DNA from: Amoebidium appalachense
Taxonomy: Eukaryota > Protista > Ichthyosporea
Assembly (NCBI GenBank): GCA_963693365.1
Contig: CAVNZM010000009.1
Coordinates: forward strand, 5,648,245 to 5,712,244
Length of the DNA stretch: 64,000 nt
Direction of reading: 5' to 3'
This document shows positions 55,002-64,000 of the stretch, piece by piece. Both the position numbers and the translations under genes were made by a program. Below the pieces are notes generated by a model. That model worked only from the letters and a program-made list of their open reading frames with translations. It did not search any database and was not told the DNA's origin. Every line of letters starts with the position of its first letter. Position 1 is the stretch's first letter.

Positions 55002-56095
55002 ATTTCTACTCACAAACGGGCTCTCCCCTGCCCATCCAACCCCTTTTTCTCGCGCGTTTTGCTCTTCTGGTCTCTTTTCCCTGTCTGTTTTGACTGAAGT
55101 CAGGGAGCGCCCAAATCTTGGCCCACTAACCCTAAATATAGTAACCTCAACAGCCTTGGTGGCTATATATAGGACCACTCCTTGGCCTGGTTGCTGGGTG
55201 TGGCTCACTCAGTGACCAATCAAACACGCTGTAGCTACATTCCATTCTTGCCACGTGAACTTCACATACCACTGCACATATCTACAACAGACACAGGCAC
55301 ACAAACGCGCACATACATACACGTACACACACATACGCGCGCACACACTGTGGCACACACGCATGCGAACGGTTTTCATGTTCGAGGCCCAATAAAGGCC
55401 TCCGTTCTCTCAGTACTGAATGTACTTGTGTCCCAGCAGTCTTGCAGCAAAACACACGTAACATGAGCTCGTAACATGTATGCCTTCAGTCCTTGCCCAA
55501 TTTTTTCATGTTGTCGATATCCAGTATCTTGGCAGTCAGTAAGAGACATCTTTTCATATACATTTTTTGGCAAAGCCAAACCAGAGGCAGGCTCACATCA
55601 CACGGGTTGGACATGATCGCGCAGTAAAACCGAAATGCGAGTGAATAAAAAACTGAACAGCGTGTAGTCAATCACACGGACAAGACTCCAAAGGCTAAAG
55701 CTCCCCCAAGTATGGACTCTGTTTACGTGTGCATCCTTTGCGAGCTCTTGGTTGTGTGCACTTGTGTAACAAGGAAGCCCATAAGCCCCCACCGACTTTC
55801 CCTCTTTTCCCACCCTCTTTTTTACTATTCAATAAAAAAAACCTCCAACACCCTTTTTCACCTGTGCAAAGTTCACGTGAAGTAGAAATATTCGGTTAGA
55901 CCTTGCCTCCGGTATGGCTTGATTTCTTTTCTCACCAGTATCACTCCTCTTATTGCACCTATGAGGTGTCTTCCCTCGCCTGTTTGGGTAGTTGTGCTGT
56001 AACGGTATTTGGGTACTAAGGTTATGGGCCCAAGTGTTCGTTGTAAATCCTTTTCTGGGTGTGTACGAGTATCCATGCGCACTCATTTTGTGTGT

Positions 56096-56215
<120 letters not shown>

Positions 56216-56642
56216 GTTGTTGTTGTTGTTGTTGTTTGTGTTTGCCTGTGTGCTTGTGTATGTAAGTGTTTCTGTTTGCCTATGCACGTGTTTTTGTGCA
56301 CGGTGGGATGTGTCTAGGCTGCAGATGACTCAGAGTTCACGCGACTGTGTAGGCTGTCGTTGTTTATGATTGTAGTGTGTGTGTGTGTATGTGTGCGTGT
56401 GTGCGTGCGTGCCTGTGCCTGTGCCTGTGCCTGTGTGTGTGTGTGTGTGTGTGGGTGTGGGTGTGGGTGGGTGGGTGGGTGGGTGGGTGGGTGGGTGGGT
56501 GAATGGGTTTGGGTAAATGTTTGACTGTTGTGCCCACTTCACGCATGCTGTAGGTATTTCATTCTTGTTACGGGCGCCTGCCCTGATTTCAAGCGCACTT
56601 AAGGAAGATCCTTCGTTATTTGCACATCAGACATGTCTGGTG

Positions 56643-56758
56643 CTATTCACCTTTGTTTCGTAATATGATTTCCTGCATTATCTTATACGAAGATACAATG
56701 TGTATTCACCTCAGTTTAGTGATATGTTTTCTTGCATTATCTTTACACAAAGATCTAC
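56643..56758. repeat. Diverged ~59-bp tandem duplication
   Basis: TATTCACCT..ATATG.TTTC.TGCATTATCTT..AC.AAGAT occurs twice. Confidence 0.75.
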
Positions 56759-57103
56759 TAGTAGGCAATGGTGGTTTACCTAGTCGGGGTTATTTATTCA
56801 CTGCATACTTTTGGTCATTCGAAGTCAATAAAATGCATATATTGCAGCGCAGCAACTATCCCAGCTGTCATTGTGGTCGTTCAGTACAGCTTTTTGTGGA
56901 TGCCAATACAAGTGCACATACCCCTAAAACCGAAAAGCATATGTTTTTTCCCGAGGGATAGTTGTTTGATTCTTTCTATCATTAAGAACGCGTTAATCGG
57001 TATACCTATAGGAGGGAAAGTTTCCCGGAACACATTGATATCCTCACTTCACTTCTTGCACTTTCTCCAGAAACATAAAACCTCCATTCCATTCTTGGCC
57101 CCG

Positions 57104-57412
57104 TCACTCTTTCTTGTCCTTGAGCGCCTGATAGTGCAGCTTGAAAAACTCTCTGTGTTTGCTCCAGATGTGGTTTCTCCTTCTTTCTTTGCGCTTGAAG
57201 GCAGTCTAGCAGACAAAACAAACCCACTCGCGCTTGAGTGTGTGTGTGATGGCGTGTCGCCTCATGTGGCTGGGCTCTGTGTGGGTGAATTCGCACAACG
57301 GGCATTCATGCAGCTAGCGCAGGCGCTGCAGGTGCTCACGGCGGGCGTGCTCCTTGGCTGCAGAGCCGGAAGAGAACATCAGGCCACACTCCTTGCACAT
57401 TGTGCGCGTCAT
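57104..57412 (-). pseudogene. C2H2 zinc-finger gene with in-frame stops
   Basis: One frame: MTRTMCKECGLMFSSGSAAKEHARREHLQRLR*LHECPLCEFTHTEPSHMRRHAITHTLKREWVCFVC*TAFKRKERRRNHIWSKH..KKE*. Three C2H2 fingers, TAG at 57316-57314 and 57208-57206; decayed finger-like remnants continue towards ~55500. Confidence 0.85.
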
Positions 57413-57836
57413 TATCGGAGATGCTTGAATGCGTTCTGGAATGATGGGGGAAGGGAAATGGGAATGTTTATGTGCGCTCGAACTCGGTGAACTGCCACAA
57501 ACTCGGTGAGCAGTCAGCAAAGTTGACGGCTAAACTTGGTGTTTTTGTGGTGCGAGCGCGGAATGCGGATGCGTTGCACCAATTGAACATGCGTAGCTTT
57601 TTATTGGACCAATGAATGCGCTTCCTGCTGCATTTTACGCAAAACGATTGAAATGGCGGGAGATCGTTGTAAAAAAAATACCTTGACTCGGAAACAAGGC
57701 CTACTTCAAGCTCGGCGAGAATGCAAGTGCAAGCTAATGAAAATTTAGCTACTACGGCAGGCGTCGAAGTTATCAGAAACCGAGGGAAACCTGTGCATGT
57801 CCGTGCTTGTGTGTGTGCCAGAGCTAAGATGTGACC

Positions 57837-58466
57837 ATGGCTACCGAACCAAACACGTATACGCTAGTCTTCCAGTGAGCGGCTGCGCCTCCATCTACAG
57901 GTGGCGGCTGCTCTTCCGAGGTTGAAGTAGTCAGTAGCGGTACCCCACAAGGAAGGCGGTGCCCCACTAAAGGGTGATGGATTGAGATTTGCGCTGAAGC
58001 GCCCTAAGGTAGAGCCGGCTTTGTTGCAGAACCTGGACACGGCGGACGAGGCGACGCTGCAGATGGCACAGGAGCAGACAGACATAATAATGTCCGAGTA
58101 CTACACGGCACGACAGATCAGCCCCCACCCCAACGTCATTGTTCCAGAGACTATTGTGCGCGTTTTTGACTCGAAGCACAGTGGACAGCCATTCACGGTA
58201 AGTGGTGTGTATCTCGTTTTTCGTGCCTGGCACTGGCCTGTGTACATCCGTCTGCTAGAACTGGGGGTAGGATGCTAAGCAGACGGAAAAGCACGGCCTT
58301 TCGGGAACCAAGTTGCTGGGTGGAAAGATCCAAACTAGCAATGCATACACATTTCTACACACGCGCATACTTTCCCCCCCCCCCCTCCTCCCCTCACATA
58401 CACACACGCTTTGTTTTTGCCTCTACAGCCCTCTTTTTCGTTTTTCTTCTCTTTCTCTCTACCTTC

Positions 58467-58499
<33 letters not shown>

Positions 58500-59601
58500 A
58501 CTCTGCCCGCAGCAACATGTCGCATGATGTGCCGTGTTTGGTGGCGTGTTACTCTTCCACTGAATTATGCTGTTGCTTGATCGAGCTTCGTGTCACCAGG
58601 GCACTAATGGTTCTTTCTAGCACCTTCTTTCCCTGATTGCACAACACATATACAACAGCAGAGAAAGGTAGGCCTGTTTGTTGTGTAGGGCTGTTTCGTG
58701 CCTCCTATCACACAGCCACAGCAGACTTTCTTCCCCCTTTTTTCTTGCTGCGCCTTTATAACAGTTTTTGGCCTGGGTAGTTCTGGATGTCTCATCTTCC
58801 TGCGTTCGGGTGAAAGTGCTTGCACTGTATTAACTGTGCTGAAATGACTGCGTCGCACGTGTCTTGATGCTTTGTTCTTTATGGGAAGTTGGGCAAAGCA
58901 CACACAGCCTCGAAATGCATTTCCGACACAACACTGGCTCCAAGCAACGGGCTGGCCGTGTCATAATTTCATGACCATTATAGCCACACCATCCTTATCT
59001 TACTCAAGGCCCATTGAGCTTTTTAACACCCTTTAATGACCTTTGACACCAAGCCTCCTTGTTTTGCGAGGTTTCCACACGAAAATCCTTTGCTTGTATG
59101 CAATTGACAATAAGGCTGTTCGTGTTTGGTGTAAGTCTGGAGGAGGGGTGGGAAAGGGACGTGGGGGGTTGTGGCTGTTGGGGTAGGGGTAAAGGGAGGG
59201 GAGAAGGGATGTGGTGGGTGGACCCAAAGTGTGACAGTGGAAGAGAAGTTGTGTGAGGGAGTCCAATGTGGGGAGAGGAGGGAAGGGGGGTGGTGGAGGG
59301 GGGTGAATAGTTCAAGATTATCCAAACTGAAGAAGCAATAGGGAAGGAAATTGGAAACGACCCTCGGGGTTTTGTTTAGGGGAATGGTCGGGCAATCGGC
59401 ATCTATCTGCTCCCCCGCCCCTCCCCCCCCCCCCCCCCCCCCCCTCCCCCTCCCCCCCCCCCCCCAAAAAAAAAAAAAAAAAAAAAAAAAACTCCGCCGC
59501 TCCCGGCCCACTCCCTCCCATTCCGACCACCTCTCACACGGCACTTTTCACGTGCAGGTTTTTACGTCTTTATATACACTGCATCATGGTTTGTTTGTGA
59601 T

Positions 59602-59632
<31 letters not shown>

Positions 59633-60420
59633 CCTGGAGAGGCGGGCTTCTGGCATTTGCTCCACAAAAAAGGAGACATACGGTTGCGGTGAATGGAGTT
59701 TTGAGACATTACACCCTTCCTCTCCCAGCTCCCCCATCTGACGTGGTTGCTGCTGCAGGGCTTGCTGTCGCACTACCACGAGGGCAGCCCCATCGACGTG
59801 TTTCTGCAGGATCTTTACCGCGACATCTGTCGCCAGCGAATCAGCGAGAGTGATGCGCTGGAGGCGGTCGAGCCTCTTATGTGGGACCTGCTGCGGCAGA
59901 CGGCAGAGGGGCTGCAGCACGTGCACTCGTGTGGGGTGGTGCATCTCGATCCCAACCGCAGCAATGTGCTTGTGTGCAAGGGTGACGCGGGCGGGTGCAC
60001 GGCCAAGATTCTTGATTTCGGGCTGGCAAGGGGGAAGCGGGTACTGCTAGAGTGTGCACCGTGGCGGTCAGAGACATGTTGCCGGAGGAGGTGCGGGCCT
60101 GCCAGCAGGGTGGTGGGACGGAGAAGGTCGATGGCACCAAGTGCGACACGTGGAAGATGGGCATGCTGACGTACACGGTGCTGCAGATGTTCCGCTCAAA
60201 GTTCAGCCTGTTGCCCACCAACCAGGCCCTGTTTGCCGAGGGCCAAGCGTCGTGAACCCCCGGATGTCGCGCCTACCCCAACCACCTCGAGAGTGCCGAG
60301 GGCGTAGTTGCCGGGATCCAGGGCGAGGGTCTGTGTGGGCCGCTGCCGGCCGACGTGCCAGCCCTGTTCCGTGGGTGCTTCGAGCACGACCCGGCCCAGC
60401 GGCTTTCCATGCATGGAGGG
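57837..60420 (+). pseudogene. Protein kinase gene with nonsense and frameshift lesions
   Basis: GGGCSSEV (Gly loop), FALK, HPNVI, intron 58198-59758, GLQHVHSCGVVHLDPNRSNVL, KILDFGLA, CDTWKMG, GCFEHDPAQR; TGA at 57876 and 60253; frameshifts between the Gly loop and FALK and after DFG. Confidence 0.8.
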
Positions 60421-61609
60421 GGGTGGTTGCCGCCATTGCCACCATTCAGAAACGTGTGGGACCCCCCAGCCCCCCGCTTGCACCGCGTGCTGCTCCCTTA
60501 AAGGGTCTGGAGTCCGAGCTGCGGGACCAGCGGGCGGCTGTGAGGGTGCTGCTGGACCAGCTGGGGGCTGAGGCCGGCAGCCCTTCGGCCACGCGGCTGC
60601 TGGCGGCCTTGCACCGTGCCTTTAACACCACCCTCGAGGCCGTCGCCACAGCAACAGGCGTCAGGTGCTCACCCCCCCCCCCCCCCCCCCCCCCTCCACC
60701 CCTGCCCTGCACCCCATCTGTTCACTCGTGCCTGCCTACTCGGGCCCTTAGCCCCCTTTCCCCTCGGCCCATTAACCCACCATGCCTCCCCCCCCCCCCC
60801 CCCGCCTCCCCCCTAACCCAAACCTCCCACTCGACGCCGTCCCCGCTCGCATGGATGCTCCCTCCTGGCCCTGAAACTACCCTGCCACCCATGGCCCACT
60901 CCCCCACCAACCCTGTGGCCCCTCTCTGCCCTCCTCTACGTGTCGTGTTTTGGTTGCTTGGGGTGCCTGCTACCCCCCCACCACTGGCCGTGCCGCTTAC
61001 CCCTATGCCCCCGCAGAGTGGCCCCCCTTGACGAGCTGACAGCCCACCCCATCACGCCATCGGCAGCCACCAAACAGCAGACACCAGCCACGGATACGAG
61101 GTGGGTGGGCCGTGGGCATGTGTCGTGTGTTGGGCTTTGTGGGGTGGGGGGCTGGTTTCCATTCAACAGGCACACAGGCCTTACCTTGGTATGGACATAC
61201 ACACTCAAGAACACACGTAAACCAGACCACCCACAATCAGCCATAGAAGAACCCACCCCTGCAAGTGCCAAGCACCTAACAAGCGCGCACACAAGCATGA
61301 GCAGACACACACAGAAACAAGCAACCCCCAAGGATGGTCCTAGCGGTTGGTTTTTTGCATGGCCACCCGTGATGAACACCAATCACTTGCATCCATGTGC
61401 CCTGGCATAGCCCCCCCAACACACATGCCTATGTGCATCCGTGCACACACATCATTACACAGCGACAGCATGTGTGCATTCACACACACAAAGAGCGTGG
61501 CACAGGAAACAGCCGGTGCATGCATACACGTATGTTATTCCACTCTAACAGATGCCAAAGCAGCTACAAGCGCCAGCGCATGCACTGGACGTGGTCCTAC
61601 CAGACATGT

Positions 61610-61683
61610 GCACAGGCACAGGCACGGGCACAGGCACGGGCATAAGCGGAAGGCAATGCATGCATAGGCACAGGCACATGCAT

Positions 61684-61728
<45 letters not shown>

Positions 61729-61797
61729 TACAGGTACAGGCACATGCACAGCAACATACACAGGCACAGGCACATGCGCAGACAGCAGGAAATACAT

Positions 61798-61830
<33 letters not shown>

Positions 61831-62065
61831 GGCACAGGCACAGGCACAGGAACATGCAGGCACGGGCACGGCACAGGCGCAGGTAGATGCAGGCACAGGC
61901 ACAGGCACAGGCACATGCAGGCACGGGCACGGCACAGGCACAGGTAGATGCAGGCACAGGCACAGGCACAGGCACATGCAGGCACGGACACGGCACAGGC
62001 ACAGGTAGATGCAGGCACAGGCACAGGCAGGCACGGGCACGGCACAGGCACAGGCACAGGCACAG
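61610..62065 (-). repeat. (CCTGTG)n-family minisatellite, seen as GGCACA on +
   Basis: Same hexamer family as 43623-44075 in the opposite orientation, with a ~60-bp higher-order unit containing GGTAGATGCA. Confidence 0.92.
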
Positions 62066-62464
62066 CTACGTGCACCTACTAACTCAACGGCCTACTTGTG
62101 TCTGCCATTATGGCATAAAACAGCACTATCGATACTATGAAAGAGAGAATCAACGCGCTTAAAACTGCAGTGCGAGCTCTGCAGGATCGGCTTGAAGTCA
62201 ACGATGAAGGCAGCACCAGCTCCCAACTGACAGAGGATATGGGTAAGGTTGCAACACGTGGGTGTCCCCTTTGTTAACGTTTCATTTTTATTTCTTTTTT
62301 CTTTTTCTTTCCTTTTACAATTACTTAGAGTCAAGCCCTGTCCTATTTCTTGCCAAGCTTAATTGTGTTTTGCTTCAAGGTTTTGTTGCTGCAAACGTTT
62401 TGGACTTTCCATTCTCAGATCTTTTCCTGCTTGGCTGTAATCATTGTCCTTTTCTTTTGTATTA

Positions 62465-62886
62465 GCACACTACCGAACAGCAGAGAAGAAACCCCCTGCT
62501 TGCTTTAGTAACTTCTGGGGATGGGCACAGTGGCTGTTGGCAACTTTCTCGACGAGCATTCAGCAGAGCAACAGGCAGCAGGGTATGCAGGCAACATGGT
62601 GTCACCGCAGGGCTTCGCTGAGCATTCTGACGAGCTCCAGCAGGAAGCCATGGCCCTTGTGCGGCTGTCGCTTGACACCCGCTTCCCTTCCGTGCCTCTT
62701 GCCGCCCGCCGCCAAGTTGCCGTAAAGGCCTGATCAAGTCTTCGAGCAGAAACGTAACTATGTTGACAAGAAACGGAAGGTATGCACTCCCCCTACCTGC
62801 TGTGTGGCTTGCCTCGGTGGATTTTCCGTGCTATCTAGTATAAGCCTACGGTTTGTTTCTGATGCCCAATTTTTTTCTTTGCAGCG

Positions 62887-62930
<44 letters not shown>

Positions 62931-63541
62931 CACACCCATTCCACCCCGAACGGAAAGAACGGGGGGGGGGGGAGGGGGGGAGGGGGGGGGGGGGGGGGAT
63001 GAGCTCAGAGCTAGCATTTTTCTTTTGTTGCTGATGGCTAATCCTGGCTTTTGCTCTGCTCAATGGTTTTTTGTAGTATGTTGTCCTTCTGATGCGGGTC
63101 TTTCTCTGTAGAGCCTCGACAGCGGGTCTGACAGCTCTGGCTCTGAAGGAGAGGCAGCAGGCGCAGGCAAGTGAAGTTATACTTCTGACTTGTTCTCGCT
63201 TTTTGGTAACTCTATGCAGATTCAAGGTGAGGGCCGGTTGGTGGTTTTTGATCGGTAATCCTGGTTGACAATAAGTGTGATTGCACATCACAATGTTGTG
63301 TGTTGCGTGTGCGCGACGCGGTTTTTTGCGTTTGTGTGTGCCGCAACGGTTTAATCCATTGGAAGTATATAATTATAACAACATGTGTGCCGCTGCTCAT
63401 AAGGCTTTTATACTTATGTTTAACACAATCATTGTTGCAGAGCACGGCAACAAAGGGACAGCACCCAACAGCAACAAGCAGAAGAAGAGCAGCAAGAAAC
63501 CCAGTCCTGATCCGCCCGTGCCGGGAGCCACGGCCATCTGA
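62465..63541 (+). pseudogene. Exon-like fragments, possibly the 3' part of the kinase gene or a separate decayed gene
   Basis: Protein-like frames (..DELQQEAMALVRLSLDTRFPSVP.., EQKRNYVDKKRK|gt, SLDSGSDSSGSEGEAAG) bounded by splice-like sites, with an apparent frameshift near 62730. Confidence 0.4.
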
Positions 63542-64000
63542 GTCGTGTTTGCCAGACTCCATCATTGTTGTTATTGAGATCTATTTAATCTTTGTGGTAG
63601 ACCTTTAGTTATGTTCTGGGCTATCTGATGGCTGCTTACCTCGCTTACCATGTGTGTTTTGAACTTCGTGTTTAATACGTTTATAGCTGGTGTGATTTAG
63701 AAGGCCAATTGACGCATACTGATAAACTTTTAGAGGTTGATTTAGTCACGTATGTGCTCACTAGCCTCCATGTGTGAATGTCTTGAAATTAGTTATATCG
63801 TCCACGGTGGTATGGCCTGCCAGTACCGGCTGCTGCCGTGACCTCCTGAAATAAGATACACAGGATTCACTACTGAAAATGGTCGTGGCCACCAACGCCA
63901 GTGCCTGCAGAGGGGTGGGGTGGTGATTGGGGGAAGGGTAGGGGGGCCAGGGGCGAGAGGAGAGGGGGGGGGGGGGGGGGGGGGACCCGGGTTGAAATTG

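Noticed and set aside
57104-57412. Genome-wide UAG-to-Gln codon reassignment
   Set aside because: TAG terminates RACK1, NCAPH, CDC50 and TMX (after the KKxx motif) at the expected positions.
56768-57490. 240-aa + strand ORF
   Set aside because: Antisense shadow of the zinc-finger pseudogene; no recognisable domain.

Overview
Intron-rich eukaryotic DNA, with proteins that look opisthokont-like (possibly a unicellular holozoan; taxon not provable from this window). Most ORFs in the supplied track are artefacts of poly-G/poly-C, (CA)n/(GT)n and (GA)n tracts. Manual splicing recovers eight housekeeping genes: RACK1(-), condensin H/CAP-H(-), PAK1IP1/MAK11(+), CDC50(-), ERdj3/DNAJB11(+), mitochondrial mS23(-), a TMX-type membrane thioredoxin(+) and dynein light intermediate chain(-). 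Also present are a pogo-like non-autonomous element with a duplicated left end, a PIF/Harbinger MITE, a probable transposase relic, and a divergent C2H2 zinc-finger/protein-kinase pair in which both genes are disabled. Points most worth follow-up: 3' splice sites with a branch point but G/GT-rich rather than pyrimidine tracts, often with complementary C/G or CA/GT tracts in the intron; a 70-nt structured element present twice, sense-oriented near intron 3' ends; polarised C(n)A(n) homopolymers; two convergent genes with stops 13 bp apart; and a duplicated terminal exon. No rRNA, tRNA or CRISPR array is supported. All gene models are by eye; no database searches were run.
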